From Deltaproteobacteria bacterium (GTDB taxonomy: Bacteria > Myxococcota > Kuafuiibacteriia > Kuafuiibacteriales > Kuafuiibacteriaceae), in contig JAVJQW010000067.1 of NCBI GenBank assembly GCA_040218735.1, positions 96,001 to 160,000 of the forward strand: a stretch of 64,000 bases of DNA, written 5' to 3'. Below, piece by piece: positions 1-9,330 of this stretch. Both the position numbers and the translations under genes were made by a program. The notes under the pieces are model-generated. The model was given only the letters and a program-made list of their open reading frames with translations, ran no database searches and had not been told where the DNA came from. Each line of letters opens with the position of its first letter. Positions within the stretch are counted from its first letter, which is position 1.

Positions 1-1
1 C

Positions 2-901
2 CCGATGAGCTACCTGTTCGGCTGCGGCGCGAAGACTTTCCAGGACACCGACGCCGCGTGCGGCGAGTCCGAAGAACGCGCGTGCTCGTGCGGGCGCGCC
101 TCGCAGAACAGCGTCGAGATCCTCCACCTCAAGCTCGACTCCGACGTCCCGCTCGCGCAGCTGCGTCCGACGCAGCTCACGGTCGAGACGCCGTCGGTGC
201 GTCCCGGTGAATCGGCGCGCGTCCGGTACGCGCGAAGCAACGACGCCGAGGACGACGCGGGACGCTTCGCGGACGGCTACTTCCTCACCGCGGACCGAAC
301 GATCTCGCAGAGCGACGACCGCCTCCTGCGGCGCGCCGGCCGCCCCGCCCTCCCCGCGAACACGGAGCGCGGGCCGTACACGGTGACGCTCGACATCCCG
401 GAGGACGTCGCGCCAGGGGCGTACTGGATCGCGTACTGGGTCGACTACCAAAACGCCGTCGAGGAGTCGGTCGAGGACGACAACATCCTCATCGCTCGCA
501 TCACCATCGCGCCGCCCTGCGACGGCGACTGCGAAGACGGCGAGGTGAACCTCCGCCCGTCGCTCCTGGAGGCACCGACGCCGACCGTGGACGCCGGCGC
601 GAGCATCTCGGTGCGCTACGAGCGCAGCAACGACGGCACCGCCGGCTCGCCGCGCTTCGCGGACGGCTACTACCTGTCGACCAACAGCTACATCAGCACG
701 GCGGATCGCCTGCTCGTCTCGTCCCGGCGCGGCGAGCTCGCCGCGGGCGCGACGGCGGGACCGTTTCGACGGTCGCTCACCATCCCCGCGGACGTCACGC
801 CGGGGACGTACTGGATCGGCTATTGGGTGGATCACGAACGCGAAGTCGAGGAGACGAGCGAGAGCGACAACCGCCGCGCGGTGCAGATCACGGTCCGATG
901 A
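2..901 (+). CDS. 5'-truncated secreted protein: Cys-rich tail of a myxobacterial zinc-peptidase-like domain plus two CARDB/Ig-like domains
   Basis: Frame is open from the window edge. PMSYL..CG.K.FQD...CGE..R.C.CG..QNS block, then two similar modules (RFADGYFL/RFADGYYL; PGAYWIAYWVD/PGTYWIGYWVD; ESVEDDN/ETSESDN). Confidence 0.7.
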   Translation, partial: PMSYLFGCGAKTFQDTDAACGESEERACSCGRASQNSVEILHLKLDSDVPLAQLRPTQLTVETPSVRPGESARVRYARSNDAEDDAGRFADGYFLTADRTISQSDDRLLRRAGRPALPANTERGPYTVTLDIPEDVAPGAYWIAYWVDYQNAVEESVEDDNILIARITIAPPCDGDCEDGEVNLRPSLLEAPTPTVDAGASISVRYERSNDGTAGSPRFADGYYLSTNSYISTADRLLVSSRRGELAAGATAGPFRRSLTIPADVTPGTYWIGYWVDHEREVEETSESDNRRAVQITVR

Positions 902-1000
902 CCCAGCCCGTCGCCGAGCGCGACATACGGCCCAGCCGACCGTGCGACGGGTGATGATCCGAGTGAATCGCGTCGGACCACGAGAGCGTCCAATAGGGGC

Positions 1001-1465
1001 GTGCCGACCGCCCCCCGACGTACCCGCTCGACGATCGTGAAGCGCCTGTCCCGGCTGCTGCAGCACGGGACCGACGAGAAGTACACGTTCCTCCCGCACC
1101 ACCGCGCACCGGCGCTGGCGTGGATCGACGAGGCGGCGCAGGGCGACGACGCGATCGTCGCGGTAGGGGGCGTGCTGAAGTTGATTCGTGTGCTCCGGGT
1201 GCGGCACGCGTCTCCGAGCGCGGCCGACTGGCTGAGCGACCTCGTGAAGGCGTCGCGAGCTGCGCTGCGCATCGTCACGTTGCACTGGTCGAGCGGCAAA
1301 CGCGCACGACTCGGTGCAGACCTGTTGCCGGTGAAGACCGGCCGAGCCCCACGCTACGGCGCCGCCCCGGCGGCGGGCACCGTGCGGGCGGGGTCCTTTC
1401 TCGAGCCCGGGCGCGACCTGAGGAGCGCCCATATCCAAAAACGAATCATGAGGAGGAAGTCATGA
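1001..1465 (+). CDS. Hypothetical basic protein, translationally coupled to the downstream toxin-like gene
   Basis: 154-aa ORF with GTG start. Its TGA overlaps the next ATG (ATGA 1462-1465). Confidence 0.6.
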   Translation: MPTAPRRTRSTIVKRLSRLLQHGTDEKYTFLPHHRAPALAWIDEAAQGDDAIVAVGGVLKLIRVLRVRHASPSAADWLSDLVKASRAALRIVTLHWSSGKRARLGADLLPVKTGRAPRYGAAPAAGTVRAGSFLEPGRDLRSAHIQKRIMRRKS

Positions 1466-2580
1466 GTGAAGTAGGCGGCGCAGGAAGCGCGAGTGGAACC
1501 AGTGGACCCGACAGCACCGGAGGGGTCGGCGACGACAGTGGCGTGAGCGAAGCCGAAGCGTCCGGCGTCGCGGCGGACGCGGAAGCGGCCAGCGACGACG
1601 ACGCTGCGACGGTCGGCGAGTCCATCGCCGCGGAGGCGAGCACCGACACGTTCGAGGGCGCCGCGTCGACGGACGACGACGCGGTCGACGCCGCGGCCGA
1701 CGAAGACGCAGTGGAGGCGGCGGCGGAAGAGGACGCGGTGGACGACGGCACGACGGCGGAGGCGACCATCGAGGCCGCCGCCGCGGACGTGGACGCGCCC
1801 GCCGAAGAGGCTGTCGAGGAGGAACCGGTCGAGGAGCCCGGGTTGTTGGAGGCGGCGGCGTCCTACGTCGGGCAGACCGCCAAGGGTTACGTGACGGGCG
1901 CGGCGAACACCGTGCTCGACGCCGCCAACCTCGTGAACAGCGGCGTCAACCTCGGCCTCGAAGCGGTCGGTGTGGACTACCGCTTCGACACGGACATGGG
2001 CATCGCGCCGACCTCGGAGGCGGAGCGTCACGCGCAGAACGCCGTGACCGTGGCGAGCGCCGTGGCGGGGGTCGCGGGGCTCGCGAAGAGCGCTCCCGCG
2101 ATCGCACGCGGCGTCGACGCGGGGATCGACGCCGCGCGCGGGGTCGTGACCGGAACGCGCGCCAAACCCACGGGCCCCGCGGCACCCGCAGCAACGGCCA
2201 CCGGCACCACGACGGCGGTCGCCAACGTGGGGGACCTCCGCCCGAGCGAAGTGGCGAAGATTCAAGCGGCGGCCGACGAGCTGGGCGCGGATCTCTACGT
2301 CGTCGGGAGCGCGGCGAAGAGCGCGCGTCGCAACGTCGATACGGATCTCCCGCTCGCCGACTTCGGTGCGCCGAAGGCCGGGACACGGAGTGACATCGAC
2401 TACGCGGTGCGCACGGATCTCGACGACGCGGCCAACGCGCTCGACCTCCCGGACGTGGACCCGAGCTTCGGCGTCCGCGGTGTCGACTACCTCACGTTGG
2501 ACAACTCACCGGCGATTCGGTTCAGCCCCGGTCGGCCCCCCGAGCTCATCGAGGGGACCGGCCGAATGACGCTGGACTGA
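1462..2580 (+). CDS. Polymorphic toxin-like protein with C-terminal Pol-beta-type nucleotidyltransferase domain
   Basis: AGGAGG Shine-Dalgarno before ATG 1462. Acidic disordered N-terminus, Gly/Ala-rich hydrophobic middle, C-terminal LYVVGS...RSDIDY (hGS...DxD) motif. Confidence 0.7.
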   Translation: MSEVGGAGSASGTSGPDSTGGVGDDSGVSEAEASGVAADAEAASDDDAATVGESIAAEASTDTFEGAASTDDDAVDAAADEDAVEAAAEEDAVDDGTTAEATIEAAAADVDAPAEEAVEEEPVEEPGLLEAAASYVGQTAKGYVTGAANTVLDAANLVNSGVNLGLEAVGVDYRFDTDMGIAPTSEAERHAQNAVTVASAVAGVAGLAKSAPAIARGVDAGIDAARGVVTGTRAKPTGPAAPAATATGTTTAVANVGDLRPSEVAKIQAAADELGADLYVVGSAAKSARRNVDTDLPLADFGAPKAGTRSDIDYAVRTDLDDAANALDLPDVDPSFGVRGVDYLTLDNSPAIRFSPGRPPELIEGTGRMTLD

Positions 2581-2596
2581 CGGGGTCGGGGGGCGC

Positions 2597-3160
2597 CTAG
2601 CGGATCATGTTCTGCTCGGCGATGACCTGCGAGCAGCGTTTGCCGCCGAGGATCGAGCGCTGGAGCGTCTCGAACTTCGGGAAGCGCGCGTACGACATCA
2701 GCTTGTCGTAACAAGGCGTCCCCTCGATCTTCGCGCTGGCGCCCATCACCTCGGCGAAGTGGATGCGCTTCATGACGGCGTCGTCGCGCGCGCGGAGGAT
2801 CAGCTCGATGCCGCCGGCTTTCGACGCCTGCACGCGCGCGATCGGCGCGGTGTGGGTGTCGCCCTTGTCGCACTGCACGATGACCTCGTCGATCTTCACC
2901 TGCACCTTGGTCGGCGGGCGCGCGCACCACGCCTCGGGGACCATGGTGTCGTCGTCGAGGCGGGTGATCTCACCGTCCGGGTACCAACGACCGATGAGGT
3001 TGTTGATCAGACCCTTCTCGTCGGTGTTCGGGGGGAGCTTCGTGTAGTCCGGCACCGAAGCATCGAGCACCACGGTCTCGACCTTCGTCTCCCCCGGGCA
3101 GCCCACGAGGGCCGCCGACAAGACGAGCGACGCGAGCGCCGCAGGCCTGGTCACCTTCAT
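2597..3160 (-). CDS. Hypothetical lipoprotein (187 aa, several Cys)
   Basis: MKVTRPAALASLVLSAALVG-C lipobox; codon pattern typical of the window. Confidence 0.75.
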   Translation of the reverse strand: MKVTRPAALASLVLSAALVGCPGETKVETVVLDASVPDYTKLPPNTDEKGLINNLIGRWYPDGEITRLDDDTMVPEAWCARPPTKVQVKIDEVIVQCDKGDTHTAPIARVQASKAGGIELILRARDDAVMKRIHFAEVMGASAKIEGTPCYDKLMSYARFPKFETLQRSILGGKRCSQVIAEQNMIR

Positions 3161-3233
3161 CGGCCGAGGGTGTATCACGCGCTCGGGTCTCACGAAAGCG
3201 CCCGACCACCGAGGTCTTCGCCGTAGAGCCCGC

Positions 3234-6200
3234 CTAGTCCGTCGTAGAACCCGAGGTGCCCTCGACTTCGGATTGCACCGTCGGATCGTCGACCGCCGAA
3301 GGCCGCGCAGGCGTGGTCTCGAACAGGCGCCCCCGGAACAAGGGATCCAACTCGTGGAACGCATCCGGGTCGAGCCCGAGCCGTTCGAGGGCCCGCCGCA
3401 GCAGCCCGCGGTACTGATTCGCCATGGAGGTGCTCGCGTCGATCCACGACTGCGGCCAGCCGCGATGACGACCGATCATCGCCGTCCACTCGTGCGCGCG
3501 CACCTCCTCCGCGTAGTTCTCCGCGGGTCCGAGGAGCTGACGTGCGTAACCGCGGACGTGGTCGCGGTAGAGGTGGTAGAGCTCGTGGAAGGCTTCGAGC
3601 TCGGACGGCCGCGGCGTCCCCTCCGGCGTCAGCACCGTCCCCGGGCGCCCGACCTCGGGCGCGCGATCGTAGGCGGCCGTCGCCCCGGGCGGGAGCTCCC
3701 CGGGGCGAGCCTGCCGCACGCCGCCACCGAGTGCTTCGATCGTGGCCTGCATCCGCGCCCACAACGCTGCGTCCATCGGCTCGAGCTCGCGCGCCCGCGA
3801 GTGGTGCCTCGGGTCGAGCTGCCACCCGTCGTAGTCCGCGCTGCCCGGCATTCTCGACTGTTCGGCGAGCAGCCCCAGGACGTACCTCGGCGCCGACAGT
3901 CGCATCTCCTCGAGGTGCAGACGCCATCCCTCGTAGTTGATCGCCGGGACGTCCGCCCCGCCAGGGAGGTTCGGCGTCTCGGAGGCTCGCCCTTGGATCA
4001 CCCACGCCCTGGCCTGCGGGTGGATGTACATCGTCCGCCGCAGCCCGCGGAAATAGTCACGATCGCCGTGGCTGAAGTCCTGTTCCGTGGACCCCGGGTT
4101 GTCGATGCCGTCCACGCCGCTCGGCGGGTGGATGTGGGCGTCGATCACGAGGCGCCCTTCGATTCCGCTGGCGAGCAGACGCTGGTACGCGATCACGCGC
4201 GCGTTCGCCTGGTCGGGATCGACGCGGAACCGTGCGCTCCGGTGCTCGATGTCCGCCCGCGTGACGTCCCGCGGGATGCTGACGTCCGGGTCCGTGAAGA
4301 TGGCCACCAACGATCCCGTTCCGCGCGCGTGCGCCGGGACGAGGCGAGCGTCGAGGCCATGCGCCTGGTACACCGAGATCGCGGCGGCGGCGTCGACGGG
4401 GTTCTTGAACTGCACGATCTGCCCCGAGACCTCCCCGAGGAACGTGGCGTCACTCGAAGCGTCCGGTACGCCGTCGACCCGTCGCCCCCCCGCGGCCCGC
4501 CCGCGAAGCTCGGCGATCATGTAGTCCCGGAACGCGTCCGGCACGAAGTTCAGATCCAGCGGCGGCAACATCAGGGGCTCGGTCGGACGCATCGCCGGGT
4601 CGGGTCGCAACCGCGGTTCGACGGCGAGGCCCCAGTCACGGAGCATCTGGTCGAGGCTCCGCAGATCGACGCGCGTCGTCGCCGATCCCACGTCGCTCCC
4701 GCACCCCGGCGCATCGTCGGCGCCGCGCGGGGTCCGAATCATTCGGCGCCGTGAGCCGACGCTCGGAGCTCGACCCGCCCGCGAGATGAACCTCGTGGCG
4801 CGTCGGATCCCTGCGTCGATCGGGAGGAGCTCCGCGACGAGCTCGAGCAGACGATCGATGGCCGCGGAGCGTGTGTCGGCGTCGCCGGACAGCAGGTCCG
4901 GCAGCAGATCGAGCGCGTAGCTCCCGGCCGGCAAGATGAACGCGAGTCGCTCCGCGGTCGTGAGCGCCCGGAAGGTGACCTCGCCGATGCGCTCTGCGCG
5001 ACCCACCGCACGCCCTGCCGCGAGCACGCGCTTCAGCCGCTGCGCCGTGATCCCCCCCGCACGCGCCGCCGCGAGGACCTTGAGCTGCGCGACGGCGCCG
5101 GCACCGAACCCCTCGACGTACGACTCTCCGGCGATCACCGCGACGGCGGACGTATCGTAGAGTAACCCTGTCACGACATCTCCGCGGCTGTACGCCTCGC
5201 CGCCGTCGCTGAAGAAGGTTGCCGGGAGGTTGGCGAGGCCCATGACGGTCGCCGCCATGTTCGCGACCTCCAGCTCGGTGTAGCTCGTCTTCACCGGCGT
5301 CCGCGACTGCAGCAACCCATCGAGCTCCGGGTCGCCGCTGGCGGACTTCGCGATGCGGTCGACCATCTCGTGGTAGCGCGCGGTGACGGCGGCGACGAAG
5401 AAGTCGTACTGCTCCGCGGTGAGGCGCTCACGCACCGAACGCAGCGCGTCGAGCCTCTCTTCGTCGGTCGAGAGGCCGTGGCCGAGCCAGTCCCAGATCT
5501 GCCCCTGCCGCGTGGTGTAGACGCTGTGAGCGCGCGCGAAGCCGCGTTCGTTCTCGCCGATCCAGCCCTTGTACATCGAGACGGCGTAGACCACGTCGAG
5601 CGGGACGCCGTAGCCGACCAGGTCTTGTAAGAACCCTTCGATCGAGTAGAGCGCGGTCTGCAGCGGCGAGAAGACGTAGGAGGCGCCCGTCCCGATGTAC
5701 CCCATCGTCTCCATCCAGCGTGTCTTGAACTCCTCCCAGTACGACGGCGTGGACGGGACCGATTCGATCGGCACGCCGTCGACGCGCCAACCGACGAGGC
5801 CCCAGTCCTCGCCGTGCCCCGTGGTGACGAACTGGTCGCCGTGACTGATCGCCGTCGTGACCTGCTCGAAGCCCGCGTCGAAGTGCCACCGCGAGATGCT
5901 GTCCTGACCCATCGCGAAGACCTTCACCCCGCCCTCGTTCGACGGCTGGAACACGTAGTTCTTGGTGCTGACGCTCGTGTTGGCGTCGCCCCGCGTCTCG
6001 ACGTCGATGTGCAGACGGCCGTCGCGGATGCGCATCGAACGCACGCGGTACTCGACCCCGTCGACCTTCACCCACGCGCCACCGCCCTTCAGCGCGTTGG
6101 CGAATGGACGGTTGAGCTTCGCCATCTCGGCGACGGTCCGCTCGAAGACACGGGCGACGTCGGGGTCGAGGTATTCGGGGTCGACGTCGAGCTCGAGATC

Positions 6201-9200
6201 CGTCGCGAGGACCTTCGGGTCGAACACGAGCTCCCCGCGCTCGCCGTCGGGCCACACGTAGCGTGCCTCCGACTTGCCGGCGACGAGGTCGACACGCGTC
6301 GTCCCCTCGAAGAAGCCGGTCATGACGAACTCGCGCTCCCCGTTCAGCTCGACGACCTTCCCGATGCCGATGCGATCGAAGTCGCCGGGGATGACCGCGA
6401 TCTGCTCGTCCTCCGCGAGGAGCCTCGTCGCGTCGCCGATGCGCACCCGCTTTTCTCCGTCCTCGCTGCGCTCCACCTGCACCCGTCGCTGGCCGTCGAG
6501 ATCGACCCAGCTATCCACGCGCGGCACGCCGTCGGCGCCCTTGTCGACGATGACGATGCGATCGTCGCGCACGTGCGCGACCTGACTGGCTTCGAGGACG
6601 CGTTCGAACGTGCCCGCGCGGACCTCGAAGCGCCCCTCCTCGTCGATGTGCACCGTCGTCGTCAGGTCGCCAGCGACCTCGCGTGCGTACGCCCCGTTGG
6701 CGTAGGTCGTCTCGGTGACCCCTTGGCCGTTCTTCTCGCGGATCGTCCCGTCGGACTCGACGACGTTCTCGCGACCGTCGCGCTCGAACCGAACCACCCA
6801 GTGGTAGGGGCTGTTCTGAACGATCTGAACGTTCTTCACGCCTTGCGCACGGAGCAGCTCCACGAAGTCCTCGGGCCGGCTCGGCAGGCCCACCGCGAGA
6901 CCGGGCACCACCGCCACGGCCCGGTTCACGAGCGTGTCCATCCTCGACTCGAGCCACTCGACGGTCTTCGTCAGCTCGATACGCTCCTTGGCGGGCAGCG
7001 TCGGATCCCGCAGCGCCTCCTCCGCCGCCTCGCGCTCACCACGGAGCCGCTCCACCTCGGGCCGCAATCGCGCAGGGTCGAAGTCCTCGCCGCGGGGGAG
7101 CGCCTGGGCCCCGTCGTCGTCGCGCAGCAGCGCTCGGGCGGCGTCCACCTCGGCACCGAGGCGAACGAGGGCCTCGAAGGCCGCCTTGTCCTTCGGGTCC
7201 ACGTCGAGCCTCGCCTTCGCGTCTTCGACCTGGTCCACGAGCTGGTCGACGTGGACCGCGGCGTCGGATGCTTCCGCGATCTGCTTGCCGTCCAATACGG
7301 CGAGCCGACGCTCCACGGCCTCCAAGCGCTTCAACTTTGCGCGGTACACCACCTCGTCACCGAGGGGGTTGTCGATCAGACCGAGGTGTCGCGGATTGCG
7401 GGGGTCACCGAACAGCTCGAGCTCCAGCGCGAATCGCTCACGTCGGAGCGCGAGGCGCTCACGCGCCAGGTCCAGGTCGGCACCGGCGTACCACCCCGGC
7501 GGGAACCCGAAGCCGTTGGCCTTCACGTCGTCGTACCGCAGATCGTCGAGCGCGGTGCGGGTCTCCTCCTCCCCGAGTCTGCGCACGGGGACACCCGGTC
7601 CACCGGCGACGGGGAACGCCACGGGCCGCGGCGACGGAACGTCGAGGTTCACGGCAGCGGGCGCGGCGGCGCCTGGGGGCTTGCCCAACGCGAAGTTGAA
7701 CTGCGTGACACGCTCCGTGACGAGCTCGCCGAGGCGAATCGCAAACGCGTTGAAGCGCAGCTTCTCGAACTCCTGGACCGTACCGACGAGCGATCGGTTC
7801 TCGCGCCCGAGCGCATCGAGCTCGGCGCCGAGCTCGGTGAGCGCCATCTCGAGGTCGACGATCTCCGCGCGTAGTTGTCGTGCTTCGTCCGCCGCGCCGG
7901 GCTGGTTGGCGATCTGCCGGAGCCGCCGCTGACGATCCTCGATGCCGCGCGAGTAACCGCGTGCCTCGCGGCTCCCGCGCTCCATGCGATCCCCGTTGCG
8001 TCGGAGGGTGTCGCGCGCCTTCTCCGCCGTCGCCTTTCCGTCCTTCAGCGGCTTGGCGAGGTCGATGATCATGTCGTTCTTCGTCGCGATCGCGCTCGCG
8101 TTGGGCTGGCCGAGCTTGGCCTCCGCGTCCTCCAGGCTCGACAAGGCGATGTCCAAAGCCTCTCCGCGCTCCGCGAGGTCCTGGTCGCTCATCTGGGTCC
8201 AGTAGTCGAAGCCCTTGCCACCGACGGCCTCCGTCGCGGCGCCCAGCGCACCCGACGCCGCCTGCACGACGTTGCCGAGCCGATTCACCTCCGCCTCCAG
8301 CTGACGAATCTCGGCCTGCTGCGCCGGCGTCGGGTTCGGTTGTCCGCGGAGCCCGTCCAGGCGGGCCTTGGCGTCCTCGAAGGCCTGCGCCGACGAAGCC
8401 ATCCGCTTCTGCGCCTCGTGGTGCCGCCGCTCCGCGGGGGTCATCGCCTCGAGCTTCTGCTGCTCGTGTGCGCGACGGCGGTTGGTGAGCGCCGCTTCTT
8501 TCGCGCGGATCGGCGCGGTCTTGGATTCCCAGCGCCCTTTGTCGCCGAGGTCCTGACTGTGTTGCCGGTTGAGGTCGGTCAGGTCCTGCCGAATCTCACG
8601 CTGCGCGTCGACGTCCCCGGAGTCCATCGCATCCTGAAGCTCGTTGCGCAGACGCTGTGACTCCTTCTCGTAGTCCCTCTCGAGGTTCTTGAACTTCTTC
8701 TCGTCCTCCTCGTAGGTGTTGCCTTCGCGATCGTACGCGTCCTTCGCGTCGTCGATGTCGCGCTGCTCCTCGTCGATCGCCTTCGACTCCGCCTGCGCCG
8801 CCCGACGCTTCGGGTCGTTCCTTCGCCGCTTCTGCTCGTCCTCGACGTCCTGCTTCTCTCGTTCGACCTCGTCCTTCGCGTCTTGGACCTCCTCCTCGAG
8901 CGCCTCGAGCTCCTCTTCGTTGCCCTTCACCACGAGCGCTTCGAGCGGGACTTCGGGTGCCTTCGGACGCAGCGGCGCCGCCGCGGGCGCCGGACCTCCG
9001 GGCCCCACGGGCGGCACCACCGGCGGCATGATTGGCGGCATGATCGGCGGGAGCTGCCCGGACACGAGGCCCGGCGTGGCGGCGGCGTAGACGTCCCCGG
9101 TCAGGCGCTGCGTGACGTTCGTCGTCGGCGTGTTCGTCGGCGGCGTGAACGTCGGCGTCTCCGGTTCGGCTTCGAGGGAAGGGGTGACGAGGGAGGAAGA

Positions 9201-9224
9201 GAAGAGCCCGTTGAATTCGACCAT
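3234..9224 (-). CDS. Giant (~1996 aa) coiled-coil effector/polymorphic toxin-like protein with C-terminal JAB and HExxH metallopeptidase domains
   Basis: Start placed at MVEFNG by the sigma54 promoter 13 nt upstream. Long E/K/R/Q/A heptad-rich region, beta-rich middle, hydrophobic Gly-rich segments, then AHIHPP...FSHGD and HELYH...EEVRAH. Confidence 0.8.
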   Translation of the reverse strand: MVEFNGLFSSSLVTPSLEAEPETPTFTPPTNTPTTNVTQRLTGDVYAAATPGLVSGQLPPIMPPIMPPVVPPVGPGGPAPAAAPLRPKAPEVPLEALVVKGNEEELEALEEEVQDAKDEVEREKQDVEDEQKRRRNDPKRRAAQAESKAIDEEQRDIDDAKDAYDREGNTYEEDEKKFKNLERDYEKESQRLRNELQDAMDSGDVDAQREIRQDLTDLNRQHSQDLGDKGRWESKTAPIRAKEAALTNRRRAHEQQKLEAMTPAERRHHEAQKRMASSAQAFEDAKARLDGLRGQPNPTPAQQAEIRQLEAEVNRLGNVVQAASGALGAATEAVGGKGFDYWTQMSDQDLAERGEALDIALSSLEDAEAKLGQPNASAIATKNDMIIDLAKPLKDGKATAEKARDTLRRNGDRMERGSREARGYSRGIEDRQRRLRQIANQPGAADEARQLRAEIVDLEMALTELGAELDALGRENRSLVGTVQEFEKLRFNAFAIRLGELVTERVTQFNFALGKPPGAAAPAAVNLDVPSPRPVAFPVAGGPGVPVRRLGEEETRTALDDLRYDDVKANGFGFPPGWYAGADLDLARERLALRRERFALELELFGDPRNPRHLGLIDNPLGDEVVYRAKLKRLEAVERRLAVLDGKQIAEASDAAVHVDQLVDQVEDAKARLDVDPKDKAAFEALVRLGAEVDAARALLRDDDGAQALPRGEDFDPARLRPEVERLRGEREAAEEALRDPTLPAKERIELTKTVEWLESRMDTLVNRAVAVVPGLAVGLPSRPEDFVELLRAQGVKNVQIVQNSPYHWVVRFERDGRENVVESDGTIREKNGQGVTETTYANGAYAREVAGDLTTTVHIDEEGRFEVRAGTFERVLEASQVAHVRDDRIVIVDKGADGVPRVDSWVDLDGQRRVQVERSEDGEKRVRIGDATRLLAEDEQIAVIPGDFDRIGIGKVVELNGEREFVMTGFFEGTTRVDLVAGKSEARYVWPDGERGELVFDPKVLATDLELDVDPEYLDPDVARVFERTVAEMAKLNRPFANALKGGGAWVKVDGVEYRVRSMRIRDGRLHIDVETRGDANTSVSTKNYVFQPSNEGGVKVFAMGQDSISRWHFDAGFEQVTTAISHGDQFVTTGHGEDWGLVGWRVDGVPIESVPSTPSYWEEFKTRWMETMGYIGTGASYVFSPLQTALYSIEGFLQDLVGYGVPLDVVYAVSMYKGWIGENERGFARAHSVYTTRQGQIWDWLGHGLSTDEERLDALRSVRERLTAEQYDFFVAAVTARYHEMVDRIAKSASGDPELDGLLQSRTPVKTSYTELEVANMAATVMGLANLPATFFSDGGEAYSRGDVVTGLLYDTSAVAVIAGESYVEGFGAGAVAQLKVLAAARAGGITAQRLKRVLAAGRAVGRAERIGEVTFRALTTAERLAFILPAGSYALDLLPDLLSGDADTRSAAIDRLLELVAELLPIDAGIRRATRFISRAGRAPSVGSRRRMIRTPRGADDAPGCGSDVGSATTRVDLRSLDQMLRDWGLAVEPRLRPDPAMRPTEPLMLPPLDLNFVPDAFRDYMIAELRGRAAGGRRVDGVPDASSDATFLGEVSGQIVQFKNPVDAAAAISVYQAHGLDARLVPAHARGTGSLVAIFTDPDVSIPRDVTRADIEHRSARFRVDPDQANARVIAYQRLLASGIEGRLVIDAHIHPPSGVDGIDNPGSTEQDFSHGDRDYFRGLRRTMYIHPQARAWVIQGRASETPNLPGGADVPAINYEGWRLHLEEMRLSAPRYVLGLLAEQSRMPGSADYDGWQLDPRHHSRARELEPMDAALWARMQATIEALGGGVRQARPGELPPGATAAYDRAPEVGRPGTVLTPEGTPRPSELEAFHELYHLYRDHVRGYARQLLGPAENYAEEVRAHEWTAMIGRHRGWPQSWIDASTSMANQYRGLLRRALERLGLDPDAFHELDPLFRGRLFETTPARPSAVDDPTVQSEVEGTSGSTTD

Positions 9225-9237
9225 GCCCGGGTGCATC

Positions 9238-9252
9238 GCAAGCCGAGTGCCA
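9238..9252 (-). promoter_or_regulatory. sigma54 (-24/-12) promoter of the giant gene
   Basis: Minus strand reads TGGCACTCGGCTTGC, matching TGGCAC-N5-TTGC. Confidence 0.85.
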
Positions 9253-9280
9253 GGCCCGCGCGACGGTCGGTCGCCACCTC

Positions 9281-9303
9281 GTCGTGCAGGCGCGTGCACA
9301 ACG
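9281..9303. promoter_or_regulatory. Putative enhancer-binding-protein site (copy 1)
   Basis: GTCGTGCA-N7-GCACAACG imperfect inverted repeat, 28 nt upstream of the sigma54 promoter. The same arms occur at 13137-13159. Confidence 0.7.
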
Positions 9304-9330
9304 ACGCCGTCGTGACGTGCACGACCCGAC

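Noticed and set aside
1462-4460. NTase near a JAB domain as a CBASS type II defence system
   Set aside because: Both are C-terminal tips of larger proteins on opposite strands. There is no E1/E2 (Cap2) or effector gene, and the NTase domain is far smaller than a CD-NTase.
3234-9224. Phage tape-measure or SMC protein
   Set aside because: No phage genes nearby, no Walker motifs, and C-terminal peptidase motifs are present.
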